From a virus: a stretch of DNA of 44,194 nt. The position numbers were made by a program, and so were the translations under genes. The notes under the pieces are model-generated. The model worked only from the letters and a program-made list of their open reading frames with translations, made no database searches and was not told where the DNA came from. Every line of letters starts with the position of its first letter. The stretch's first letter is position 1. Positions 35,739 to 44,194 of the stretch are shown here, one piece after another. Where the stretch lies: UHGV virus genome UHGV-0204589, one strand, 5' to 3'.

Positions 35739-36107
35739 TTAAACAAAATAAGGATTGGGTTTGAGAATTATAAGGATTAAATCAATCAACCAGCCAACAC
35801 CCAAGAGCCCACAGGTACAGAGATAAACAATCCCAAATATTATTTTCCCCTCATAAAACTTATGCGCACCAAAAAAGCCTAAGAAAAAGCAAAGGAAAAA
35901 TGCTACCCACTTGTTTTTTGGTTTAAGCCCAATTCCCTGAACAACAGTAGTGGAAGCAGCCGAAGAAGCAGAGTTGTTATTATTGATAATAATATTCTTG
36001 TCATTGCTGGCTAATTCTTCCACTTGTTTTCCACACTTTGGACATATAACACATTCTTTGTCAATTTGCTCACCACAGTGCTTACAATATTTCTTGTCAT
36101 TTTCCAT
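35739..36107 (-). CDS. zinc-ribbon plus TM2-domain membrane protein
   Basis: CKHCGEQ...CPKCGKQ N-terminus; C-terminal GAHKFYEGKIIFGIVYL TM2-like. Confidence 0.55.
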   Translation of the reverse strand: MENDKKYCKHCGEQIDKECVICPKCGKQVEELASNDKNIIINNNNSASSAASTTVVQGIGLKPKNKWVAFFLCFFLGFFGAHKFYEGKIIFGIVYLCTCGLLGVGWLIDLILIILKPNPYFV

Positions 36108-36166
36108 ACTCCATTCCTCATTTCTTTTGTATTTTTATTAAAACGCCTGGGGCGAATTAATCATAT

Positions 36167-36706
36167 TTATATCCCAAAATTATAAAACTGATTGAAATAT
36201 TCATTTACAGAATCTACGGCATTATTTATCTGCATTTTTGTGTACCATACCCAAAATAAATATAGACTTACCTGTATCAATAATATCAAAACTGTAAACA
36301 TGATTCTTTCTTGTAGTGTACGTTTTCCGGTTGTCCAATTCAGTATTAATCCAATTGGCCAACAGCAAAATAAGGATAATACAGCAATAAAAACATTTTT
36401 AGAATAGATAGGGTCATCATCTGTATTATGTTTTTCAATTACTAAATCAGGGTACCGTTCTTCGATGTAATCTATTGCTCGTTGTATTGCTGCATTCGAT
36501 TTTCGCGGGAAGCAAAACCTTTCAAAATGTCCATATGTATCATGAAAATCCATATATCCACCTTCGGTCATGGTACGAAAACAATATTCAATTTTTGAAA
36601 TATCACGATAATGGATTTTTATTAATTTATATCCCCATTGATAATCTTTTATGTTAACCTCTGTTTTTCCTATGTACAACTCTTGAGATTTGCCTTTTAT
36701 ACTCAT
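36167..36706 (-). CDS. membrane protein of unknown function (candidate superinfection-exclusion/abortive-infection position)
   Basis: RBS AGGGGTGGGGG before MSIKGK; two C-terminal TM helices. Confidence 0.5.
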   Translation of the reverse strand: MSIKGKSQELYIGKTEVNIKDYQWGYKLIKIHYRDISKIEYCFRTMTEGGYMDFHDTYGHFERFCFPRKSNAAIQRAIDYIEERYPDLVIEKHNTDDDPIYSKNVFIAVLSLFCCWPIGLILNWTTGKRTLQERIMFTVLILLIQVSLYLFWVWYTKMQINNAVDSVNEYFNQFYNFGI

Positions 36707-36737
36707 ACCCCCACCCCCTAACTTAATGTTCCTTAAG

Positions 36738-37361
36738 CTACCGTATGTCGCTCTGAAACGCAACAGCTTTTCCCAAAATATGCACTTGGTTAAGTTCTTC
36801 CTTTTGAAAAATTAAATCCTCATATGCGGGATTTTCAGGTTTTAATATCAGCAATCCTTTTTCCTGGTAGTAAAACAATCTTTTCAGTGTAGCCTCGCTG
36901 TCGTTATTGACTACAACGGCGGCTATCTCGCCGTTATCTACCATATCCTGTTGTCTAATAAAAACAATATCGCCATCTAAAATTCTAGCCCCTATCATGC
37001 TGTCACCGCTGGCTTTCAAGCAAAAATCTGCCTTAACGTTTGTTCCTGCCATGACATAACTCTCCCTATCTTCGTTTGTATATTTCGGTTTGCCGCAAGC
37101 AATTTCTCCAAGCATAGGAAACCGTTTCAGCTCTATTGAAAAGATATTCGGGAATGTAGGCGGTTTTTGTTCTTGTCCGGTCATTATGTAATCTACAGAA
37201 ACATCAAAGTATTCAGCTATTGTAGTCGCTAACTTCAAATTACAAATAGTTCCCCTATTTTTCCATGTGCTGATTGTTGACGCATTTGTTCCAGTGTCTT
37301 TGCAGAATTTATAAGTTGTAATTCCGCGCTCATCACATAATCGTTTGAAAATCTCGTACAT
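36738..37361 (-). CDS. CI-like repressor: XRE HTH plus LexA/S24 peptidase domain
   Basis: RBS AAGGAG; HTH TTYKFCKDTGTNASTISTWKNRG; GDSMIGARILDGDIVFIRQQ S24 motif. Confidence 0.8.
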   Translation of the reverse strand: MYEIFKRLCDERGITTYKFCKDTGTNASTISTWKNRGTICNLKLATTIAEYFDVSVDYIMTGQEQKPPTFPNIFSIELKRFPMLGEIACGKPKYTNEDRESYVMAGTNVKADFCLKASGDSMIGARILDGDIVFIRQQDMVDNGEIAAVVVNNDSEATLKRLFYYQEKGLLILKPENPAYEDLIFQKEELNQVHILGKAVAFQSDIR

Positions 37362-37382
37362 ATGTTTACTCCTTAAAATAAT

Positions 37383-37456
37383 TTGCAAAACCGAAATAAA
37401 CATATTGACATAACCGAAATACAATGGTATAGTATATACATAGTTCGGTTTTGCAA
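37383..37456. promoter_or_regulatory. switch region: 13-bp inverted repeat TTGCAAAACCGAA (37383-37395) / TTCGGTTTTGCAA (37444-37456) plus extra half-sites, flanking consensus promoter TTGACA(37405-37410)-17-TATAGT(37428-37433) on + strand
   Basis: seen in sequence. Confidence 0.6.
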
Positions 37457-37568
37457 TATATAATGGGTTGCAAAAATAATGCATTGCTAAAGTGATATAG
37501 TTCGTCTGGTAAACTTAGTATATCACTAAACCGAAGCAAACGCAAGTATTATTTTGAGGAGGTGGCGA

Positions 37569-37670
37569 ATGAGCGATTTTGAGAAACGCTTATTGCGGAT
37601 TCAGATATTTCTTCTAACAATAGCGAGTATTTCTAATTCAGTTGCAATAATAATGAAATTATTCCACTAA
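37569..37670 (+). CDS. 33-aa hydrophobic peptide with strong RBS, antisense to 3' end of the minus-strand gene (type I toxin-like arrangement)
   Basis: GAGGAGGTGG 5 nt before ATG; MSDFEKRLLRIQIFLLTIASISNSVAIIMKLFH. Confidence 0.3.
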   Translation: MSDFEKRLLRIQIFLLTIASISNSVAIIMKLFH

Positions 37671-37920
37671 TGGCAGCAATTAAAGCAAGAAATGTGTTAA
37701 AAAGCAATAATCCTTTATCCCAAAAGAAAGCTGATAATTTTTTGAACTTTTCTTTTTTTCTTGCAACAACGTGTTTTTTTACATACTTGTTATAAGCATA
37801 GGATTTTTTGAATTGTTTTTCCTGTTGTTTGGTGAGCGGCTGGATATTGTCAAGGTCAATATAATCTTTGGCCTTTGGGACTATATCTAACGGATTGAGT
37901 TTTTCTTTCATAGTAAACAT
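37633..37920 (-). CDS. Lys-rich protein with C-terminal TM anchor
   Basis: RBS GAAGGGAGA before MFTMKEK. Confidence 0.5.
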   Translation of the reverse strand: MFTMKEKLNPLDIVPKAKDYIDLDNIQPLTKQQEKQFKKSYAYNKYVKKHVVARKKEKFKKLSAFFWDKGLLLFNTFLALIAAISGIISLLLQLN

Positions 37921-37928
37921 TCTCCCTT

Positions 37929-37945
37929 CTGGTACTTGGTACCAG
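37929..37945. promoter_or_regulatory. perfect palindrome CTGGTAC-TTG-GTACCAG in divergent intergenic region, overlapping RBS of minus-strand gene
   Basis: seen in sequence. Confidence 0.5.
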
Positions 37946-37998
37946 TATATAAGAGAACGTAACAAAACACAAGGAAAGGAAGTGATAATTTGTCTAAA

Positions 37999-38166
37999 AT
38001 GTACACATGTGAAGATATTGCTGAGAGATACGGTGTTCGACTTATCACAGTCTGGGACTGGATTCGCAAAAAGAAACTCCCGGCTATTAAGATAGGCCGT
38101 GGGTATCGGGTTGCGGAGGAAGATTTGAAGCAGTTCGAGGATTCCCGGCGGACAGTGGTTCGTTGA
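37999..38166 (+). CDS. MerR/excisionase-family HTH protein (Xis- or Cro-like)
   Basis: MYTCEDIAERYGVRLITVWDWIRKKKLPAIKIGRGYRVAEEDLKQF is a typical excisionase-type HTH. Confidence 0.6.
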   Translation: MYTCEDIAERYGVRLITVWDWIRKKKLPAIKIGRGYRVAEEDLKQFEDSRRTVVR

Positions 38167-38491
38167 GTATTTCTTATTTTCTAAATAAAGGAGGGAGGGA
38201 AAACAAAGAAACCGCCAGAAGGCTATTTCTGACGGTTCAATGCTAATCTAAATAAGGGAGGTGGAAAGAAATAGATAAGATATTTGTCTGGTGGGCACTT
38301 GCTGCTGTAGCCTTAACCTATTCTGGAATTATTATAGGTAGTTACAGCAACAAGAAGATATGGAAAAAGATTGCAAGAATAGGTCAGATAGTGGGAGCAG
38401 TAGGTTTATTCGCTATCCTCCTTTATCTCGCGGTTAAGTAGTTGCATGACCTCATATAACAGATTTTTAATTTCTTAGAGGAGGTGAAGCG

Positions 38492-38722
38492 GTGTTTATT
38501 AAAAATATCCCAGAAGATATTTCTGGGAATAACGCTAAGTATCTTGTGTCTACATCAATTGTTGGGGTAACTGACATTTCATTTCGATTGCCCACCCACG
38601 ATTGGGAACAATTTGAAAAGTCAGATATTTGGAATCAGGTATGTCAATTCCTTTCGGAAGTTCAAAAAGGATATAGCCCGATGTACCCGCAAGGCCACCA
38701 AGGTTTACTGGAATATTCATAG
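38492..38722 (+). CDS. hypothetical protein (GTG start)
   Basis: AGGAGGTGAAGCGGTG initiation region. Confidence 0.45.
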   Translation: MFIKNIPEDISGNNAKYLVSTSIVGVTDISFRLPTHDWEQFEKSDIWNQVCQFLSEVQKGYSPMYPQGHQGLLEYS

Positions 38723-38736
38723 TAGGAGGTGAAGCG

Positions 38737-38943
38737 GTGGAGAATTTAAAAAAGGTAGAATTTATTGCAATGCAAATCATTGCTGTTGCAGCCAAAAACG
38801 GAATAACGATAGCAGAACTTGAATTAGCAGCAGATATGGCGAAAGAAATTTCAAAAAAAACTGTAGTTGAAAAATCAAGTGTGGATAAATTTGATTTTCT
38901 TTCAAGCCATATCTGCACTGGTAATAATGAATTATTTTTCTAG
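38737..38943 (+). CDS. hypothetical protein (GTG start, identical initiation region to previous gene)
   Basis: AGGAGGTGAAGCGGTG. Confidence 0.45.
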   Translation: MENLKKVEFIAMQIIAVAAKNGITIAELELAADMAKEISKKTVVEKSSVDKFDFLSSHICTGNNELFF

Positions 38944-39112
38944 CTCTTTTTCTTTCTTTTTTTGCTCAAAATCATAGGTTGCTTTTTGGGCAAGAACATT
39001 TATGGAGCAACATCCCTTCCAGTATAAAGCACATGTATCCATACACGGAACTGTTTTGCTTTTCAAATCTGATGGGTCTGCATTCATAAACGGGCAAAAC
39101 TTTGTAACCATA
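38933..39112 (-). CDS. possible 59-aa Cys-rich small protein on minus strand
   Basis: CPFMNADPSDLKSKTVPCMDTCALYWKGCCS; no RBS; antisense to surrounding genes. Confidence 0.25.
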
Positions 39113-39209
39113 TGTTTTTAATTCCTTTCTTATATACTCGGCGCGGCAACGCCTGTATATACAGTATAGGACAGGGGGAGAAAAAAGACAATCAAGGAGG
39201 ACATATAAA

Positions 39210-39938
39210 ATGAACGATTTAAAAATTTTTAACAGCCCAGAGTTTGGGCAGATACGGACAGTTGAGATTGAAGGAAAGATTTGTTTTGTGGCAAGTGATG
39301 TGGCGAAGGCTTTAGGATATGTGAGACCGGCGGATGCAATTTCAAAGCATTGCAGGTATACGGTAAAACGCAGTATACCTCATCCGCAGAACCCGGAGAA
39401 GCAGATAGAAGTCAATGTCATCCCAGAGGGAGACCTGTACCGCCTAATCACCCATAGCAAACTGGAATCAGCGGAACGTTTTGAATCCTGGGTATTCGAT
39501 GAGGTGCTCCCATTCATCCGTCAGAATGGATATTATGAAAATCCGAACATGTCCACGGAAATGAAAGCAATCCTGATGATTGACGAGAAACAGGTTAAGA
39601 TGGAGCAGCGCATGGACAAACTGGAATTTGAAATCCCTCTTTATGGTTCAGAAGCAGATGAGCTTTCCAATCACGTAAAGAGAAAAGGCGTATCAATTCT
39701 GGGAGGGAAAAAATCAGAAGCTTATAAAGACAGCAAAATAAGGGATAAAGTCTACAGAGATATTTATGGATGCATTAAAAGAGAGTTTGGTATCTATGAC
39801 GATGAAGGACGTCCGGTGTCTTATAAAGCGTTAAAAAGAAAGTATCTTGCAGATGCACATGAACTTATTGATTGCTATGAAGCACCTTTTTATTTGTCGG
39901 AGATGATAGAAAATGCAAATTCTCAGATTAGCTTGTAA
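39210..39938 (+). CDS. antirepressor (Bro-N / KilA-C type)
   Basis: MNDLKIFNSPEFGQIRTVEIEGKICFVASDVAKALGY is the Bro-N signature. Confidence 0.8.
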   Translation: MNDLKIFNSPEFGQIRTVEIEGKICFVASDVAKALGYVRPADAISKHCRYTVKRSIPHPQNPEKQIEVNVIPEGDLYRLITHSKLESAERFESWVFDEVLPFIRQNGYYENPNMSTEMKAILMIDEKQVKMEQRMDKLEFEIPLYGSEADELSNHVKRKGVSILGGKKSEAYKDSKIRDKVYRDIYGCIKREFGIYDDEGRPVSYKALKRKYLADAHELIDCYEAPFYLSEMIENANSQISL

Positions 39939-40216
39939 GGAGGAATAGATTATTTTATCAGGAACTCAATTTTATGAAGATTGCTTATCACTTAGTGACA
40001 AATCATTTGATGAACTTGTACATATGCAAGCAGAAAAATACCCGTGGCTGGATTTCTTAATGAAGGAAGTCACAGAAGCAAGGAAACAAAAGAAAGGTGG
40101 GGCTACCTGTCTAGCACACAGATAACCCCGGTATCACACATTAATGAGACTAATGCGGATACAGGAATATTTTACCATTTTCTCCTGTATTACGCAAGCA
40201 CAGGAGGAAAATATTT

Positions 40217-40483
40217 ATGAACATTGAAAACCAAAAGGACAAGCCAACATGGGAAGGGCTGGAACAGTATTTTGCTGTAGAGGTAATAGAGCAAAGCAAG
40301 AGGAATGCAAAGCATTGGTTTATAGCATTCCTGGTAACGCTGGCAGCGCTGATAGGAACCAATGCCGCATGGCTTTATACAGCCGGAACATATGATTATG
40401 TTTCTCAGGATGGCACCGGACTGAACAACATCAACACAGGAACACAAGGAGATTTAGAGAATGGGACAGAAAGCCAGGATTAA
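40217..40483 (+). CDS. membrane protein
   Basis: TM segment WFIAFLVTLAALIGTNAAWLY. Confidence 0.4.
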   Translation: MNIENQKDKPTWEGLEQYFAVEVIEQSKRNAKHWFIAFLVTLAALIGTNAAWLYTAGTYDYVSQDGTGLNNINTGTQGDLENGTESQD

Positions 40484-40824
40484 GAAGAACGGCAAGAGCC
40501 GTGGGATTAAGAGAAAGAGAAGGAGATAAACAATGTACATTAATCCGTTTGTAGCAGGAGTCATTTGCACTATTTTAGGAGAGATGTTAGCTGTTATAGC
40601 AGTTGCGGTTTATCAATATTTAAAAAGGAGGAAGTAGGTAGTTATGATGCAATGCGAAAAATGCGAATATGTATGCGACACACCGTTAGGAAGCTATTGT
40701 ACATTAACAAATGAGCCGCTGGAAACAACATCTTGTCACTACAATGATTTACCTGAATATGATGCGGCTGAAGTGATTATGTTTAGCAGAGATTAGTACG
40801 CAAAATTAGGATTTTGAGGAGGAC

Positions 40825-41028
40825 ATGATGAAGAAGTATTTGCTTGGTGGAGCAAGCCAAAATGCAGCACAGTGGGACGGTTCGCGATATATTATTAACC
40901 ACGGAGAGCTTATTACGTTGGTTAAAAGAAGATGGTTACGAGACAGCTTGTTTCGAGTTGAGAGTGATGGGCGAATAGTACAGATTGGCTCAGATATTAT
41001 TGACCGTTATTTTACAATACTATTTTAA
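40825..41028 (+). CDS. hypothetical protein
   Basis: RBS GAGGAGG. Confidence 0.4.
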   Translation: MMKKYLLGGASQNAAQWDGSRYIINHGELITLVKRRWLRDSLFRVESDGRIVQIGSDIIDRYFTILF

Positions 41029-41048
41029 AATTTGGAGTAGGAACTTTT

Positions 41049-41231
41049 ATGAGAAACAGGGTATACGTGGAAAAATATAAGCAATATGGAGAATTTATTG
41101 GACTGGGAACGATGTATGAAGAATTGAGAGACGGTGTGGGTCAATATACTACACTTATTATAAAACTAGCTGATGGCACATTTGTGGATTTACTGCCTGA
41201 AGAAGTTAAAGCGGTAGCTGATTACACATAA
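41049..41231 (+). CDS. hypothetical protein
   Basis: 60-aa ORF. Confidence 0.4.
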   Translation: MRNRVYVEKYKQYGEFIGLGTMYEELRDGVGQYTTLIIKLADGTFVDLLPEEVKAVADYT

Positions 41232-41330
41232 TTAAAACTTTTGGGAATAAAAAAGAGCCTTGCGGCCCTGCGTTCCCTGTTATTTAATTTGATTATAGCA
41301 ATTTTTTGGGAATTATACAATAGCAATATT
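41232..41330. repeat. copy 2 of dispersed promoter-like intergenic element (no insertion)
   Basis: matches 1692-1731 + 1790-1848. Confidence 0.8.
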
Positions 41331-41354
41331 TAAGATTTTGAAAGGATAAAGCAC

Positions 41355-41480
41355 ATGGCGAAAATAAAAATCGATATGGAGCATGTAATCTATGAATGTC
41401 CTAAATGCGGTGGCGAGGTAGAGATGGAGCAGTGCTATTGTCAGGACTGTGGAGAAGCGTTGGAATGGGTGGAGGAGTAA
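41355..41480 (+). CDS. 41-aa zinc-ribbon protein
   Basis: RBS AAAGGA; CPKCGG...CQDCG. Confidence 0.4.
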   Translation: MAKIKIDMEHVIYECPKCGGEVEMEQCYCQDCGEALEWVEE

Positions 41481-41628
41481 AGTGAAACTGAGATTTCCGG
41501 GGAGGAGAATATGGAATTTTTAAGTGAACATTGGGTTCTTATTTATGGGATGTTTATGTATGGTATGGGACTGCTAACTGGCTCTATCAAAAAGAAACGT
41601 TAATTAAAAAGTTAAGGAGGAAGTAGGA

Positions 41629-41856
41629 GTGAAAGCTAAGAAGCCGTCAGAATGGCAGAAGGACAATATTCGTATACTGATAGAAGAAGCCAAGATAAGA
41701 AACAACTTTGATGATAATGAGCTGGCCTTATATTTGGGGTTTTGTACAAGCTCGTTTAGAGAGCGTAAAGCCAACCCTGAAAAACTGACAATAGAAAAAT
41801 TACAGATACTTCTGCAATTGACCGGGAAGGAGATGAAATTTGTTGAAACAGCTTGA
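41629..41856 (+). CDS. hypothetical protein (GTG start, RBS AAGGAGG)
   Basis: 75-aa ORF. Confidence 0.45.
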   Translation: MKAKKPSEWQKDNIRILIEEAKIRNNFDDNELALYLGFCTSSFRERKANPEKLTIEKLQILLQLTGKEMKFVETA

Positions 41857-42148
41857 ATACATACCTGTTGGCAAAACACACTTAAGCCCACGGCAGAAAG
41901 ACCGTATGATTATTCGTGGCTTAACCGCTGTGGTGATGGTCTTAAGCGGATTGTTGGTGATATGTCTGGCGGTGATGCTATGAGCCGCCGCCGGAATGGA
42001 ACCAACCGGGCCGGGGCAATGGTGAATGCCAGCCGGTACACCGGATATGGTAAGCCAATAAAAAAGGTCGTCAGCCTGGCAGGGCTAAACGACCGAATAC
42101 AAAAAATAACTCAATCTGATTATATCAGAGATTACGGAGGTTTTCAAG

Positions 42149-42322
42149 ATGGAAGATAAGTATAAGATACTATATCACTATCTTTGGACACGTTTTAGAA
42201 AAGAGACTGCACAAAAGGCCATCAATGCAGCTAGTACTGAGGTAAAAGAGCATTATGACCAAATATTAGAGGATATGGCTGTGATGGAGGCGGAATTTTT
42301 TTTTGATGAATATTGTGAATGA
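42149..42322 (+). CDS. hypothetical small protein
   Basis: RBS GGAGG. Confidence 0.35.
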   Translation: MEDKYKILYHYLWTRFRKETAQKAINAASTEVKEHYDQILEDMAVMEAEFFFDEYCE

Positions 42323-42439
42323 CTACCAATGCGATTCCTGTGGATGTTTCCTTGACCCGGAAAGATGGGAAGTATGCGATAAATGCAATAAGAAAGCCAC
42401 AAAGCGGAATAAAGAGCATTACAAGGAGGTTATAAAACA

Positions 42440-42604
42440 TGAATCTGGAACACAAGATGATTGATGGTACTGTAATGGTATCTTATCTCCGAGATAGACA
42501 AAGCCACTTAAGCATAGGGAGTGTTGCCAGAAATGAACTTGAAAAAGCTGTGATATATGTTGTAGGAACGCTGATGAAGGAGGATACGGATGAAAAATCT
42601 TGAA
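42440..42604 (+). CDS. hypothetical small protein
   Basis: RBS AAGGAGG. Confidence 0.35.
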
Positions 42605-43264
42605 CTATATGAGCAGGTCCGTTCCGTCCCGGATAGCGCCAAGAAAACCATTAAGGGAGGACGTACAAGTGGTATGACCGATATCAACCCCATGTGGCGC
42701 ATAAAAGTCCTTACTGAGCAGTTCGGTCCATGTGGTATAGGGTGGTACTACATACCTACACGAAAGTGGTTAGAAACATCAGGAAATGAGATAGCGGCTT
42801 TTGTGGATATCGAATTATACATAAAGGTTGACGGGGAATGGTCTAAACCAATTCCCGGAAACGGCGGCAGCATGTTTGCATCAAAAGAGAAATCCGGCAT
42901 ATATGTTTCGGACGAATGCTATAAAATGGCAACCACAGATGCTATATCGGTAGCGTGTAAGCAGCTTGGAATTGGTGCTGATGTTTATTGGGATTCAGAT
43001 AGAACTAAATATAACAAGCAGAATAGTCCAGATTTGATTACTGAATCTGATATCAATGAAATATTCCTGGAGCTGAAACGGACAGGAATAGGGATTAAGA
43101 ATGTGCTATCAAAGTATGGACTGACTGATATTCATGATATGACTAATTCCCAGGCAAATGAAACAATTAAAAAGCTGAAAGAACATCCAGATAAGGAGTT
43201 AGTAATGCAGCCACCGAATGATATGCAGGATAGTGAACTACCATGGAATGACCCAAAGAGGTGA
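42590..43264 (+). CDS. single-strand annealing protein, Sak/Rad52-like
   Basis: RBS AAGGAGG; INPMWRIKVLTEQFGPCGIGWYY core; family assignment from memory. Confidence 0.55.
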   Translation: MKNLELYEQVRSVPDSAKKTIKGGRTSGMTDINPMWRIKVLTEQFGPCGIGWYYIPTRKWLETSGNEIAAFVDIELYIKVDGEWSKPIPGNGGSMFASKEKSGIYVSDECYKMATTDAISVACKQLGIGADVYWDSDRTKYNKQNSPDLITESDINEIFLELKRTGIGIKNVLSKYGLTDIHDMTNSQANETIKKLKEHPDKELVMQPPNDMQDSELPWNDPKR

Positions 43265-43268
43265 TTAT

Positions 43269-43895
43269 ATGCATGAGGCAGCAGACATAATAGCATACAA
43301 GCTTGTTCCAGAGGGAACGTATCTAAAGATATTTATTCCTGGAAAAAATCTTATGGAACCAATCGTTGATAAGCACATGAATAGATGCAGTGTATGGCTT
43401 GACGATGGTAGACATATAAGTGCAGACCAGCGCAAAAAGATTTATGCCACAGTTAATGACATCTCCGCCTATTCCGGGAACGTGCCTGAGGTAGAGAAAG
43501 AATGGCTTAAGTATTTACATATCAACCGGACCGGATGCGGATATTTTTCACTGTCTGATTGCTCTATGGATACTGCCAGGGAATTTATCAATACTATGTT
43601 GGATTATGCGCTGGAGCAGGGAATACCGTTGTTGGATTTCGCCCTTAACCGTACCGATGATATAGGACATTACCTGTATGCGTGTTTAAAGCTTCGTAAG
43701 TGTGCTATATGCGGTCGAGATGGAGAGATACATCATGTAGATACTATCGGCATGGGTAATGACCGGAGGAAGGTTGATGATTCGGAGTACCGGAAAATAT
43801 GCTTATGCCGGCAGCACCATACAGAAGCGCATAGCATTGGTATGACAGCGTTTGAGGACAGATATAAGGTGTACGGAATCAAGTTTGATAATTAA
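43269..43895 (+). CDS. HNH-like Cys/His-box protein partnered with the annealase
   Basis: RBS AGAGGTG; CAICGRDGEIHHVDTIGMGNDRRKVDDSEYRKICLCRQHHTEAH. Confidence 0.5.
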   Translation: MHEAADIIAYKLVPEGTYLKIFIPGKNLMEPIVDKHMNRCSVWLDDGRHISADQRKKIYATVNDISAYSGNVPEVEKEWLKYLHINRTGCGYFSLSDCSMDTAREFINTMLDYALEQGIPLLDFALNRTDDIGHYLYACLKLRKCAICGRDGEIHHVDTIGMGNDRRKVDDSEYRKICLCRQHHTEAHSIGMTAFEDRYKVYGIKFDN

Positions 43896-43922
43896 AATTT
43901 CTGGGATAACCGGAGGAAAGTT

Positions 43923-44135
43923 ATGATTGATAGGAAACATCCTTTTATTTTTAAAGTAAAATGGAGAGATTTTTATATTTTGTGGGTTTGGAAGTTTGCT
44001 TTAATATGGATTACCAAAGCCGAACATACAAATCCAAAGAAATACATAGAAATATGGAATGCAGAATATGGAAAAGCATTGGTATTCGGAAGATATGGAA
44101 TCGGAATAGGTCATGCATTTAAGTTTAAGCCATAA
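43923..44135 (+). CDS. hypothetical protein
   Basis: 70-aa ORF, RBS GGAGGAAAG. Confidence 0.4.
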   Translation: MIDRKHPFIFKVKWRDFYILWVWKFALIWITKAEHTNPKKYIEIWNAEYGKALVFGRYGIGIGHAFKFKP

Positions 44136-44194
44136 AACTGACATTTTTGGTATCTATTCCCCTTGCGGGATGATACATACAACGGAAATGAGTA

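Noticed and set aside
37868-38095. 75-aa + ORF
   Set aside because: It is out of frame with the well-supported excisionase-type HTH gene 37999-38166 and overlaps the minus-strand gene; its composition looks spurious.
1-44194. CRISPR arrays, rRNA, transposase/IS elements
   Set aside because: No regularly spaced short direct repeats, no rRNA-like conserved stretches, and no DDE/IS-like ORFs were seen on either strand.

Overview
This is an AT-rich temperate siphovirus-type phage genome, apparently of a Firmicutes/Clostridia host. Gene order is consistent with a circularly permuted whole genome or a prophage joined head-to-tail. All gene identifications are from reading the translated ORFs against remembered family signatures; no searches were run. 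Modules in order: replication (423-1409); an accessory island (1440-5340) holding an aberrant tRNA-like element, a ribbon-helix-helix gene and a second XerS/Cre-like tyrosine recombinase with an upstream palindrome; packaging (terS 5515-5904 flanked by two Lar-like zinc-ribbon genes, terL 6085-7344); portal and head morphogenesis; an HNH homing endonuclease; a self-contained cargo island (14242-17766) with a LuxR/GerE-type HTH and low-complexity, Cys-rich spore-coat-like small proteins, closed by a terminator and an antisense HNH/Zn-ribbon endonuclease; two unusual phage tRNAs; scaffold, major capsid, connector and tail genes (tape measure 25291-28104, fibre with S74 chaperone domain 28545-30485); a startless reverse-oriented fibre C-terminal fragment that could form an invertible host-range cassette (32255-32566); XkdX-like gene and M15 endolysin; an attP-like region; the lysogeny module (integrase, Zn-ribbon/TM2 and membrane proteins, S24 repressor, operators, Xis/MerR-like HTH); early genes (antirepressor, many small ORFs); and a Sak/Rad52-like annealase with an HNH-like partner at the window end. 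A ~100-bp promoter-like element occurs twice (1692-1848 and 41232-41330), the first copy carrying a 58-bp hairpin-containing insertion. No CRISPR array or rRNA was seen.
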